Notes: a model not told the origin generated them from the letters alone. A stretch of 64,000 bases of DNA from Sphaerochaetaceae bacterium (GCA_963626615.1 CAVFYD010000001.1:1012-65011); one strand, 5' to 3'. Shown: positions 52,638-62,307, counted from the first letter of the stretch. A program made the numbers and translations.

Positions 52638-53158
52638 GAATAGCAATATCGAGTAAATCGGGATGCGGGAACACGACGGTGTCCACGCTTCTTTCGAAGA
52701 AGCTGGGGTACCCGATCATCAACTTCACGTTCAGACAGATGGCAGATGAGAGGGGTGTCGACTTCTGGACTTTCTGCCGCATGGCAGAGGACGACTACGA
52801 CATCGACAGGGAACTCGACAGGAGACAGGTCGAGATGGCGATGAAGGAGAAGAACTGCATTCTTGCATCGCGCCTTGCTGTGTGGATGCTGAAGGACGCC
52901 GACCTCAAGGTCTATCTCACGGCCTCCGCCGAAACGAGGGCGAAGAGGGTACAGATGAGGGAAGGCGGAACACTGGAGGAGAGAATGGCTCAGACCGAGG
53001 GCAGAGACAGGAAGGACTCCAACCGCTACAGGATTGTCTACGGTATAGACAATTCGCACCCGGAAGAGGTAAGTGATCTCATCATCGAGACAGACAACAG
53101 AAATCCCGAAGAGATTGTCTCCATTATCCTTGAGAAGATTGCCGAAAAAGAGGTATAA
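52634..53158 (+). CDS. cytidylate kinase-like (family 2) nucleotide kinase
   Basis: 174 aa. P-loop SSKSGCGNTT. The pattern resembles archaeal-type CMP kinases. It occupies the position usually held by gmk between yicC and rpoZ. Confidence 0.7.
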   Translation: MRIAISSKSGCGNTTVSTLLSKKLGYPIINFTFRQMADERGVDFWTFCRMAEDDYDIDRELDRRQVEMAMKEKNCILASRLAVWMLKDADLKVYLTASAETRAKRVQMREGGTLEERMAQTEGRDRKDSNRYRIVYGIDNSHPEEVSDLIIETDNRNPEEIVSIILEKIAEKEV

Positions 53159-53189
53159 ATACAGTAACGGTTATCAATAAGAGGGTACT

Positions 53190-53606
53190 GTGAAAGATAA
53201 GAGAGACGAGGAGAGCATTGTAAGACGCAACACCAGGCAGAAGGCCATGGTGCTGGAGACTGTCAGGGAACACCATGACCATCCGACTGCAGACTCCATC
53301 TACATGGATGTGAGAAAGAAGGACGCAAGGGTCAGCAAGGGCACCGTCTACCGTAATCTCAAGGAGCTTTCCCGCACTGGCGAAGTGAATCATCTTTCCG
53401 TTCCCGGAGCAGACCGCTACGACCTCCGTACCGATCCCCATCCGCATGTCATATGCACACTCTGCGGGGCCGTCGAAGATGCTGAGACAGACTATGACAG
53501 TTCACTCGACGAAGAAGTTGAAAAGGCCACGCTTTACCGCGTGACGCTCCACCAGACCGTATTCGAGGGTATATGTCCCGCCTGCCAGAAGAAAGGCTTG
53601 AAGTAA
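53190..53606 (+). CDS. Fur family transcriptional regulator (PerR/Fur-like)
   Basis: 138 aa with a GTG start. HPTADSIYMDVRKKDARVSKGTVYRNLKEL winged helix. HPHVICTLCG and CPACQ metal-binding cysteine pairs. Confidence 0.85.
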   Translation: MKDKRDEESIVRRNTRQKAMVLETVREHHDHPTADSIYMDVRKKDARVSKGTVYRNLKELSRTGEVNHLSVPGADRYDLRTDPHPHVICTLCGAVEDAETDYDSSLDEEVEKATLYRVTLHQTVFEGICPACQKKGLK

Positions 53607-53656
53607 AACATCATTTTTTCTATTATAGAAAGGAATTCGTTTAAGGAGATATCACT

Positions 53657-53869
53657 TTGAGTATTCCACTTAACAAACTGATTGACAAAGAAACAAACGT
53701 ATATGAGATGACATGTGTTGCCATCAAGGAAGCGAACATCTACGCTGCCACAGACAAGAGAAAGGAAATCGAGAAGAACGGCGACAAGGTCGTATCCGTT
53801 GTTCTTTCCCGTGCCCTCAACGATGAGATAGCCTACGAAGGCGGAGAGAAGGACCATAAAGAAGAATAA
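53657..53869 (+). CDS. rpoZ: DNA-directed RNA polymerase subunit omega (probable)
   Basis: 70 aa. TTG start with RBS aaggag. NVYEMTCVAIKEANIY resembles the omega core helix. The syntenic position after the kinase gene supports the call. Confidence 0.6.
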   Translation: MSIPLNKLIDKETNVYEMTCVAIKEANIYAATDKRKEIEKNGDKVVSVVLSRALNDEIAYEGGEKDHKEE

Positions 53870-54791
53870 GGCTGTCGTCCTCTTCGGGCCTACGGCTGTC
53901 GGCAAGACCGCACTGACGGAATCCCTGTTCTCGAAGGGATTCGAGATAATCAATGCCGATTCCATCCAGGTCTACCGCGGTCTTTCGGTAGCAAGCGCAA
54001 AACCCGATGAGGAACTTCAGAAGAAGATAAGACATCATCTTGTAGATATAAGAGATCCCCGGGAGGAGTATACTTCCGGGGACTTCTGCGTTGATGCCGA
54101 TTCTCTCATCAGCGAGATAAACAGCCGTGGCAATATTCCTCTCATAACAGGCGGCACAGCCTATTATTTCAAGATGCTGTGCTACGGCAGAAGCCAGGCT
54201 CCGAAGTGTGACATGGCTGTGAGAGAGAAGGTCAGATCCCTTCTTGAGGAAAAGGGCCCGGACTGGCTCCGCGTTGAACTTGAAAGAGTCGACTCTGTCT
54301 CCGCTTCAAGAATATACAGGGAAGATATATACCGCATCACACGTGCTCTCGAAGTCTATTACCAGACGGGGCGTCCACTCTCGTCATTCCCGCTCTCCGA
54401 CACGCTCCGGAGCGACGTCGATTTCATCCTCATCGGACTCGAAAGGGAAAAGAGCGAGCTTATAGAGCGCATCAACCGCCGTGTCGACATCATGTTTTCA
54501 AGCGGGGCCGTCGAAGAGATGAAAGCGCTCCTTGCGGCGGGCGCCAGGAAGGACTGGCCGAGCATGGAGGCCATAGGCTACCGCGAATGGTTTGATGCAC
54601 TTGAAAGCGGAGAGTTTTCGCTTTCTCTCATAAAGGATGCAATCAGGCGTAATTCGATAAAGTACGCAAAGCGTCAGATGACTTTCTTTCGCTCGTTCCC
54701 CGATGCGGTCTGGTTCCATCCTGATGACACTGAGTCAATCAGACGCTACCTCGTCTCCCGCGGTATAGGGAACATGGAGAACGTCGAGTAG
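53856..54791 (+). CDS. miaA: tRNA dimethylallyltransferase
   Basis: The frame opens after TAG at 53829-53831. The P-loop VVLFGPTAVGKT lies at 53874-53909, so it precedes the first canonical start at 54174. The only plausible initiator is ATA at 53856, preceded by GGAG. This would give MKKNKAVVLFGPTAVGKT. Confidence 0.8.
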   Translation: MKKNKAVVLFGPTAVGKTALTESLFSKGFEIINADSIQVYRGLSVASAKPDEELQKKIRHHLVDIRDPREEYTSGDFCVDADSLISEINSRGNIPLITGGTAYYFKMLCYGRSQAPKCDMAVREKVRSLLEEKGPDWLRVELERVDSVSASRIYREDIYRITRALEVYYQTGRPLSSFPLSDTLRSDVDFILIGLEREKSELIERINRRVDIMFSSGAVEEMKALLAAGARKDWPSMEAIGYREWFDALESGEFSLSLIKDAIRRNSIKYAKRQMTFFRSFPDAVWFHPDDTESIRRYLVSRGIGNMENVE

Positions 54792-56198
54792 GGTTGCATC
54801 CCCGAAATCCGAGTCCGTACAGAGCCACCATCCCCTTGTATTCCATTCGAAGACGAAGTTCTCGTCTATCGAGTAGACGAAAATCCTGGCACTGTTCTCT
54901 TCTGTCGGGTAAATGTCCTCATCTCCGTCGTTCAGGCCAGAAGGCGTATAGTATTCGAGGTGTGCCGTGTAGCTGTTGTCACCGTTACTTTCGATTCCGC
55001 CGATTATGACACCGTAGATGATGCAGTCACTGTCGATTGCGCTTCTTCCGCCTTCAATCCAGTCATTCACGTTTATGATCGTGTTCTTCTGACTGTAGGC
55101 GAGTGCAGTGCGGGAGGAGACATAGAGTGAGGTCACTTCCATGTACTGCGCACATTCTCCCTTGAAGCCTTCGTTTATCGAGCCTGCATCAAGTTCATTC
55201 TGCTTCCCGATTGTGTATTCTATTATTCCTTCGGGATCGAGGTCCTTCGTCTCAGGGGCCTTAAACTCCTGGTAGATGTAATTGCCGACGAAATAGAAGA
55301 CGACTGCGGCTATAAGAACAGTCACAGCGGCAACGGCTCCTTTTTCCCGTAAGAGCTTCTTTCTCTTCGATTTTCCGTCCTTGCGGTTTTTCAGGGCCCG
55401 GAAAGCTTCTCCCCCTTCGCTTTTTTCCCTGTCGAAAAGTGCGTCGGCGTCGCTGCGGGATGGATAGTTCCACTCAAGATTACCGGTGCTGTCGAGGAAC
55501 CATCCAAGTGCGTACTGCGCTCCGTAGTTGAGACAGACCTTCCGCTGCTCCTTCTCCTTCAATGTGAGTGCATTCATTATGAATGATGACACTTCGTCAC
55601 TCAAGCCGTAGAGCGAGAGGTCGTATGCACGGAATCCCGAGCCCCTGACATCGCTCATTTCGTACGGAAAGCGTCCCGAGAGCGCGAAGTACAGAAGCTG
55701 CACCATCTCGAGAGCGAGCGTGAAGCTCTTCTCCCTGCCGGGAACGATGAGTGCCCTGACGTCCCTGTCCGTCTCCTCGGGGGAGCGTGAGAGCGAGAGA
55801 ATGGAGCCTATGTCAGGCGGAAGAAGAACAATCTCCTTCCCGTCCTTTATGAGCATCCTGTAGAGGGGGAAGATTCCCGTCATCAGGTCGGGAAAGCTTT
55901 TCGGGGCAGTCTTCAGTGCGTATGCAATCTTTCTCACGAAATCGAGCGCCCTGTCCCTGTGGACTGTCGTAAGAGTCGTTATGTCCTCATATGATGATGG
56001 CGGGAGAAGTATGTACTGCCCCTCGGTGTCCTTCGTGACACCGTACCACGGAAACTTCTCTATGCCGTCATCGGTAACGAGAAGCCCTTCCTCGCGCGTG
56101 CTCTGCATTATTGATGGCGGCATCTCGTAGCTGTCGCTGCCGAATCTGAGTGCCGTGTATTCCCTTTCTCCAAGCTTTATGTTTCTGAATTCGTTCAT
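54735..56198 (-). CDS. hypothetical single-pass membrane protein
   Basis: 487 aa. Cytoplasmic N-domain, a basic stretch plus TM helix (GAVAAVTVLIAAVVFYFVGNYI), then a C-terminal extracytoplasmic domain. Its 3' end overlaps the miaA 3' end by 57 nt. Confidence 0.65.
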   Translation of the reverse strand: MNEFRNIKLGEREYTALRFGSDSYEMPPSIMQSTREEGLLVTDDGIEKFPWYGVTKDTEGQYILLPPSSYEDITTLTTVHRDRALDFVRKIAYALKTAPKSFPDLMTGIFPLYRMLIKDGKEIVLLPPDIGSILSLSRSPEETDRDVRALIVPGREKSFTLALEMVQLLYFALSGRFPYEMSDVRGSGFRAYDLSLYGLSDEVSSFIMNALTLKEKEQRKVCLNYGAQYALGWFLDSTGNLEWNYPSRSDADALFDREKSEGGEAFRALKNRKDGKSKRKKLLREKGAVAAVTVLIAAVVFYFVGNYIYQEFKAPETKDLDPEGIIEYTIGKQNELDAGSINEGFKGECAQYMEVTSLYVSSRTALAYSQKNTIINVNDWIEGGRSAIDSDCIIYGVIIGGIESNGDNSYTAHLEYYTPSGLNDGDEDIYPTEENSARIFVYSIDENFVFEWNTRGWWLCTDSDFGDATLLDVLHVPYTAGDEVASD

Positions 56199-56911
56199 TT
56201 ATCTTTTCTCTTCCAGAGAACGGAGTGTGCCGTTGTTTCCCCGTTTCCGCTCAGGGCGTGAATCCAGGGGCCCTTCACGATACGGTTAATGGTGTCGACA
56301 GTACCGCGTGCACATATGTGAACCCTGTTACGGTGACTCAAGTCGAGTATGTTCTCTCCCTTTTCCAGTGCTTCGACGGCTCTTTTCCTCCATTCTTCAC
56401 ATTCGTCAATTGTAGAACAGACAGAGCTGAGATTTGTGGAGATTATGAAAAGAGTATCGGGAGATGTGTGAGAAGAGAGAAATGATTCAAGGTCCCTGCT
56501 TTCCCTTGCCGCCTTTATGTCTGTATATATGATGCTTACTGGAACTGAGGGGGAGAGCTTCCTGATGAAGGGCAGAAGGATTTCCGCACCTGCTTCCTCT
56601 TCGGCATAGTATTCGGCTTTTCTCGCTCCGAGCGTCACAATTCCTTCTTTCCCGTTTTCCTCTCCCTCGAAGAATGAGAATGCACTGTCACTCTCAAGAC
56701 GCCCCGAGTGAAGAGGTGAAAGAATTACGACTCTCTCCGGATTACCGAAATGGGAGAACGCATTCCTTAAAAGGGGAGAAGAGAGAAAGAGTGCCTGATG
56801 CGGCACGATGATTGCAGAAGCCGCATCTTTTCTCTCAATTTCTGACATGAGAACATCGAGCTCTTCTTTGTCAGAGGGGTAATATATTCCTTCGTGGTAT
56901 CTTATCTTCAC
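56195..56911 (-). CDS. MEMO1 / AmmeMemoRadiSam system protein B-like protein (divergent)
   Basis: 238 aa. YHEGIYYPSDKEELDVLM...AIIVPHQALFLSS...VVILSPLHSG parallels the family pattern AG.FYP.....L...PHAGy.ySG...vvilGp.H, but with substitutions. Confidence 0.5.
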   Translation of the reverse strand: MKIRYHEGIYYPSDKEELDVLMSEIERKDAASAIIVPHQALFLSSPLLRNAFSHFGNPERVVILSPLHSGRLESDSAFSFFEGEENGKEGIVTLGARKAEYYAEEEAGAEILLPFIRKLSPSVPVSIIYTDIKAARESRDLESFLSSHTSPDTLFIISTNLSSVCSTIDECEEWRKRAVEALEKGENILDLSHRNRVHICARGTVDTINRIVKGPWIHALSGNGETTAHSVLWKRKDK

Positions 56912-58317
56912 TTTTCTCCTCCGTCGGGGCCCAGAAGCTTCTGTACTCTCTTTTCGTCGAGTTCGACAGTGAGATTCTTCTCCTGCGTCGGGATTATGAG
57001 TCCTGTCCTGGCTCCTTTTATTCTCTTGAGGTTCTTCACCTGTGTGTAGTAGAGATCGGCCCTGTTGTTCTTTCTCGCCTTCGAGAAGAAGACTGCAAGG
57101 TAGCCCCCGTCGAGGAGTACCTCGAGCGGCACCGTCTTTCCCTTCTGGGCCTTTATTATTATATAGCCTCCGGCAAAGTCACGCGTGTGCATCCAGAGGT
57201 CGTTGCCCTTTGCGCTCTGACGGAGTATCTGGTCATTCTCCTTCGCGCTGCGGCCGACGATGATCTGCCACTCGCCGCTCTTTATGAAGAGGCCTGCCTT
57301 TCCCGGAACCAGCTTGCTCCCTTCCTTATCACCTGCGAGGGCTTTTCTGAGCTTATCGAGAGGAGTGGATTCCGAAAGAAGCGAATTATACTTTGCTTCA
57401 GTCTCCTTCCTCTCCTCTTCGATTCTGTCCTTTTCCTCGATTGCAAGAGTCCAGGCTGTCTTCTCCCTGTGGTATTCGTCGTAGAGTCTGTTGAGATTGC
57501 CTCTGCCGTCGAGCTTTTCCGAGAGAGCGAGCTTTACGTCGCTTCCTTTCTCCCAGTCGGGAATGGTTATTTCGCTCATTCCCTTCCTGTAGAGGTGGAG
57601 AGAGGCGGAGAGAAGATCCGCGTAGTGCTTCACTTCCTCGTAGTTCCTGTTTCTTTCAATCTTTTCGTCGTTCTTCCTCTTTCTTTCGTCGATTGCCCTG
57701 AGTTCACGCTCTCTTTTCTCTACAAGGAGAGTTATGTATTCGTCTCTCTTCTCCTCATTCGAGAGGGCATCCTCCTCCCTGTCGACGGCTTCGTTGAATG
57801 TCGGCGTTGAATAGGTGCGGACAGTAAAGTGTCTATCTCCCTCGCTTTCCCTTTCTTCGATTGCAATCTTCCCGCCTTTTACTTCGCCTCTCTGGGGGCG
57901 TCGGAACATGAGTTCGAGAATCGTGCTGTCCTCAGAGAGCGCTATGACGTTGGCACCGGGGCCGGAGTAGAGACGGAACAGAAGCTTCATCTTCTCCGAT
58001 GGCGACTCGAGTGTGAGGAGAAATGCTCTGTCATATGCCAGCTGATGAACAGAAGTTATCTTTTTTCCTCTTACGTGGGCCTTGAGGTACTGGGTGAAGC
58101 GCTGCATCGAGGTGCTCTTTTTACGCATGATGTTCGTTTCTGCGACACGTGTGTGAGGTGTCGCGATTTCACAGTAGAGGTACCAGGCCTTCTTCTCCTT
58201 ATGGAAGAGTGAGAGCGTGAATGAATGATAGCTGTGCTCTGTCACATCCTGGATGTAGCTCTCCTCGAGAGGCATTTCGGAGAGAAGAAGCTCGAGTTCA
58301 CGCCAGTTAATCGCCAT
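56908..58317 (-). CDS. NFACT family protein (FbpA/RqcH-like, DUF814-containing)
   Basis: 469 aa. N-terminal NFACT-N-like region, a coiled-coil middle, and DLWMHTRDFAGGYIIIKA (DUF814-type block). Confidence 0.8.
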   Translation of the reverse strand: MAINWRELELLLSEMPLEESYIQDVTEHSYHSFTLSLFHKEKKAWYLYCEIATPHTRVAETNIMRKKSTSMQRFTQYLKAHVRGKKITSVHQLAYDRAFLLTLESPSEKMKLLFRLYSGPGANVIALSEDSTILELMFRRPQRGEVKGGKIAIEERESEGDRHFTVRTYSTPTFNEAVDREEDALSNEEKRDEYITLLVEKRERELRAIDERKRKNDEKIERNRNYEEVKHYADLLSASLHLYRKGMSEITIPDWEKGSDVKLALSEKLDGRGNLNRLYDEYHREKTAWTLAIEEKDRIEEERKETEAKYNSLLSESTPLDKLRKALAGDKEGSKLVPGKAGLFIKSGEWQIIVGRSAKENDQILRQSAKGNDLWMHTRDFAGGYIIIKAQKGKTVPLEVLLDGGYLAVFFSKARKNNRADLYYTQVKNLKRIKGARTGLIIPTQEKNLTVELDEKRVQKLLGPDGGEK

Positions 58318-59605
58318 AGTTACCGTCCTTTAATGCCCTGTCGAGTTCGGAGAGAAGATAAAACGATCCCGCTCCGACGATGACGGCGGAGATGGGAGTC
58401 ACCTCCAGTGCCGTCCTCATCACATCATCATGGTTTAAGATAAGCATAATCTCCTTTGACGGAAACAGCGCCGAGATATCTTCATATATTTTTTCCGGAT
58501 CCGATTTCTTCCATTTACCCGTCGATGTGACGATTATTCTCTCAAAGAGAGGAACTATCTCCTTTGCCATTGTCCTCTGGTCCTTGTCATGGGCACATGA
58601 GAAGATAAGCGTGGAGGAGGGGGAGATATCTTCCGAGAGGGAAGATGTCAGGAGCCTTATGGACTCCGGAGTATGGGCGCCGTCGAGGATTATACGGTGT
58701 CCCGCGACAGTTCTTTTCTCGTATCGTCCCGGAAGATGGAAGGATGGGGATGTGAAGTCGAAGCATTTTCCTCCGGGAACAAGCCCGAGTGACGAGAGAA
58801 TGAAAAGTGCATAGAGCGTGTCTGTGGTGCGGATATCGTCCTTCTTGAAGTCTGTCTTCACTTCACATCCGAGATAATTGAATGTGCCGTTTCTGCCTTC
58901 AACCTGAGGTGTTGTGAATACGTGGAGCGGAGATGAAAGACAAGAAGCCTTCCTTCTGAATACATCGAGTACCTCCTCTTTCTGGTCAAGAACGAATACG
59001 GGGGTGTTTCTCTTGATTATTCCGGCTTTCTCCTGGGCAATCTTATCAAGGGTATCGCCGAGGATCTGGGTGTGCTCGAGTTCTATCTTGGTTATGACCG
59101 AAGCTGCGGGAAGGAGAGTGTTCGTCGCGTCGAGCCTTCCACCCATTCCCGTTTCTATCACAGCCCATTCGCATCCGGTACGGGAGAAGAGAAGATAGCT
59201 GTATGCGGTGTAGAGTTCGAAGGTCGTCGGAAGTGGGGCTCCGAGGCTTTCCGGAAGTGTGAAACCGGATATGAGAGTCCTCAGTTCATCGAGTGCCGAG
59301 AGGTATTCCTCATCGCTGAAGAATGATGACGAGAGCGTGAAGCGCTCGCGTATGTCATACACGTGCGGTGAAAGAAAGAGCCCTGTCCTGTGTCCCATGG
59401 CCGCGAGGAGAAAGGAGAGTGCCGTCGCTGTCGTTCCCTTGCCCTTGCTTCCGGCTACATGGATGGTCCTGAGCCTCAGTTCCGGGTTACCTATCCTCTC
59501 CAGGAGCAGCGTCATCCTTTCGAGCCTGTTCTCACGGAGCGAGGATGAAAAGGAAGGAATGTATGAGGAGAAAAAGTCATCTAATTGCATATTTACTGCA
59601 CGCAT
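58307..59605 (-). CDS. folC: bifunctional folylpolyglutamate synthase / dihydrofolate synthase
   Basis: 432 aa. Mur-ligase P-loop HVAGSKGKGTT plus ETGMGGRLDATN. Confidence 0.9.
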   Translation of the reverse strand: MRAVNMQLDDFFSSYIPSFSSSLRENRLERMTLLLERIGNPELRLRTIHVAGSKGKGTTATALSFLLAAMGHRTGLFLSPHVYDIRERFTLSSSFFSDEEYLSALDELRTLISGFTLPESLGAPLPTTFELYTAYSYLLFSRTGCEWAVIETGMGGRLDATNTLLPAASVITKIELEHTQILGDTLDKIAQEKAGIIKRNTPVFVLDQKEEVLDVFRRKASCLSSPLHVFTTPQVEGRNGTFNYLGCEVKTDFKKDDIRTTDTLYALFILSSLGLVPGGKCFDFTSPSFHLPGRYEKRTVAGHRIILDGAHTPESIRLLTSSLSEDISPSSTLIFSCAHDKDQRTMAKEIVPLFERIIVTSTGKWKKSDPEKIYEDISALFPSKEIMLILNHDDVMRTALEVTPISAVIVGAGSFYLLSELDRALKDGNYGD

Positions 59606-59745
59606 GGGGTAAATTGTAGTTAATTGTGGCCAAAAATGGTATGGTACGAATTACCTAGTAGTTGACAATTAACTGCTATAGTGCTGAAAATATGGCGTTT
59701 ATTTTACAGACTTTGTTAAATTGTCAGAATAAACAGGAGTTGAGT

Positions 59746-61473
59746 ATGGCTTTTAAAGACAGATACTGGAAGACCAATGTTGACAGTTTATGGGCGTACA
59801 GGGGAAAGGGATTCGACGGTGAATATCCGACGCTGAGGGAGACCATGGAGATAACAGCTTCCCGCTTTCCCAAGAATGAATGCTTCAAGACCATAGTTCC
59901 CGAAAAGGTTTCATATACATACGAGGAGACGCTGGCGAAAATCAGAAAGCTCGCATACTTTCTTGTCCGTGACGGCGTGAAGAAGGGTGACCATATCTGC
60001 GTAAGCGGAAAGAACAGCTCCGAGTGGGCAATAACATATCTTGCAATCTCCTTTGCCGGCGCTGTAATCGTTCCTCTCGACTATGCCCTCCATCCCGAGG
60101 ACATGACGAAGATTCTCCGTTTCGGTGATGTTGATACGATTTTCATGGATGACGAGAAGATTGATGAAGTCGATCCTGAGGGAACATTCATTAAGAAGCG
60201 CTACTCTCTCGAGAGCGGGAAGAACCATCCCTTCGTCTTCAGTCTTGTGGGCGAGGAATGCCCCCTTCCGTCCGTTTCCTGCGGCGACATTGCGGCAATG
60301 CTCTTCACGTCCGGTACGACCGGAACCCCCAAGGGCGTCATGCTCACGCATTCAAACCTCATGGCGTCGACACTCGAAGCTCAGCGCATGATAGATGTCT
60401 ATCCGACAGACGTGTTCTACGCAATTCTTCCGATTCACCATGCATATACCATGAGTGCAGTGTTCCTGGAGACAATCTCATCCGGTGCATGCTGCATTTT
60501 CGGCAAGAAGCTCATCACCCCGATAATGCTGAGGGAGCTCAAGGAAGGAAAGGTTACAATGTTCCTTGCCGTTCCGATGCTCTTCAACAAGCTTCTTGCC
60601 GGCATAATGTCAGGCGTCGAGAAACAGGGTAAGGCAAAGGCTGCACTTGTGCATTTCCTCATGCTCTTCTCAGGCGCAATGAAGAAGGTCTTCCACGTCA
60701 ACCTCGGAAAGAAGATATTCTCGAAGATGCTTCTCGAGAAGGTTTCTCTCGACAGGATGAGGATATGCATCTGCGGAGGCGGTCCGCTTCCGGCTTCAAC
60801 ATTCAGACAGTTCAACCAGCTCGGACTTGACTTTGTCCAGGGCTACGGTCTCACGGAGACAAGCCCGATTATCAACCTGAACCCTGTTGAGGTATATAAC
60901 GAGGACTCCGTCGGCATTCCTCTTCCCCGTGTCGAAGAGAAGATAGTCGACCCCGATGAGGACGGAAACGGAATAATCTACGTCAGGGGACCTTCTGTCA
61001 TGAAGGGGTACTACAAGAATCCGGAGGCAACGGAGGATGTGCTGGACAGCGAAGGCTGGCTCAACACGGGCGACGTGGGGCATATCGGCGAGAACGGATT
61101 CCTGTTCCTGACGGGAAGAGCCAAGTCCATCATCGTCACAGAGGGGGGAAAGAACGTCTTCCCCGAGGAGATAGAGGACAAGTTCCAGCTCTATGATGAA
61201 ATCGAGCAGTGCTGCATCATCCCGTATATCATCAACAGGGAAATGAAGAGTGAAGGAATAAGAATCGTGATTCATCCCTCGATGAAGTACATGAAGGACC
61301 ATACGATGGATGAGTGTGCAAAGCACATGGAGGAGATAGTCGAGACAGTCAACAGAGACCTCCAGTCCTACAAGAAGATTACGATGACAACAGTCGTCGA
61401 CGAGCCCCTCCCGATGACGAGCACGAAGAAGATAAAGCGCTTCGAAGTAATCAGAATGTACAAGGACAGATGA
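59746..61473 (+). CDS. long-chain fatty acid--CoA ligase (AMP-binding enzyme), copy 1
   Basis: ATG at 59746 with RBS aggag. AMP motif LFTSGTTGTPKGVMLTH, plus QGYGLTET and TGDVG. Confidence 0.9.
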   Translation: MAFKDRYWKTNVDSLWAYRGKGFDGEYPTLRETMEITASRFPKNECFKTIVPEKVSYTYEETLAKIRKLAYFLVRDGVKKGDHICVSGKNSSEWAITYLAISFAGAVIVPLDYALHPEDMTKILRFGDVDTIFMDDEKIDEVDPEGTFIKKRYSLESGKNHPFVFSLVGEECPLPSVSCGDIAAMLFTSGTTGTPKGVMLTHSNLMASTLEAQRMIDVYPTDVFYAILPIHHAYTMSAVFLETISSGACCIFGKKLITPIMLRELKEGKVTMFLAVPMLFNKLLAGIMSGVEKQGKAKAALVHFLMLFSGAMKKVFHVNLGKKIFSKMLLEKVSLDRMRICICGGGPLPASTFRQFNQLGLDFVQGYGLTETSPIINLNPVEVYNEDSVGIPLPRVEEKIVDPDEDGNGIIYVRGPSVMKGYYKNPEATEDVLDSEGWLNTGDVGHIGENGFLFLTGRAKSIIVTEGGKNVFPEEIEDKFQLYDEIEQCCIIPYIINREMKSEGIRIVIHPSMKYMKDHTMDECAKHMEEIVETVNRDLQSYKKITMTTVVDEPLPMTSTKKIKRFEVIRMYKDR

Positions 61474-61477
61474 CAGC

Positions 61478-61500
61478 AGCCCCCGCCGGGGCTGTTTTTC
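61478..61500 (+). terminator. rho-independent terminator after acyl-CoA ligase copy 1
   Basis: CAGCCCC-cgcc-GGGGCTG followed by TTTTT. Confidence 0.75.
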
Positions 61501-61582
61501 ATCGGACTTCCAGAAGAGTTGAGAGGAAGGTGAACGCTTCGTCTGCGGTCAAATTCCCTTCTTTAATGAATGTGCCTAAGAT

Positions 61583-61858
61583 TCAGCTCTGTTCATCTGT
61601 GAGCTCTTGTATTTCTTTCGGTTTTTTTCCGGGGCGCAGAGCATCGAATCCCAGTTCAGCTGCAGTTCTGATCCAACCATTTATCGTGCTGCGACTCTCG
61701 GGAACATACTTCGCGACTTCCGACACAGTCATGCCTGCGAGGACGAAGTTGACGCATTCGACCCTGTGGATGAATTTCGCTTCATCATCTGACGAGAGAA
61801 TCCATCTTGCCTCTGAGAGCAGTCCGGCCTTATCACTGACATATTTACGCGAAGGCAT
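61583..61858 (-). mobile_element. IS630-family transposase N-terminal HTH fragment (remnant)
   Basis: 91 aa. FIHRVECVNFVLAGMTVSEVAKYVPESRSTINGWIRTAAELGFDALRPGKKPK parallels IS630 N-termini (R....v..G.s...aA..f.vs..t...W..r....G...L.pk...G). There is no DDE domain, and only about 100 nt remain before the neighbouring gene. Confidence 0.6.
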
Positions 61859-62307
61859 GTTTACTCCTATCTGAGATTATAGGTGACAAAGCGGAAAAAG
61901 GTGAGTCTTTCATTCTGTTCAGATCACTTTTTCAATAATATGAAAAAGAAAGGACGCCGAAGCGTCCTTCCGTGTTCCCACTCGTAGGCGAGGAACCGGC
62001 CCTAAAGAGTAATACTACGCCATTTATGTAAGTGCAAAAAAAGGAAATTTGCAAGCCGTATTTCTGTTTTTTCTTCAAACTTCGACATATTGTTCAAAAT
62101 TTGTAAAAAATGAATATGAAGTGCAAGAATTCTTAATGAAATCCGTTCTTGATTGGTCTTCAGTTGTCTTTCTCCCGTCAGAATCCGGGGTGATAGTTAG
62201 CTCATACTACTACTTATAGTAGTGAAAATAACTAATGCGTGCGCGCATATAACTAATTCTCTTTTTTTACAGAAATTGAAAAAATGTTGAAAACAGGAGT
62301 AATCATA

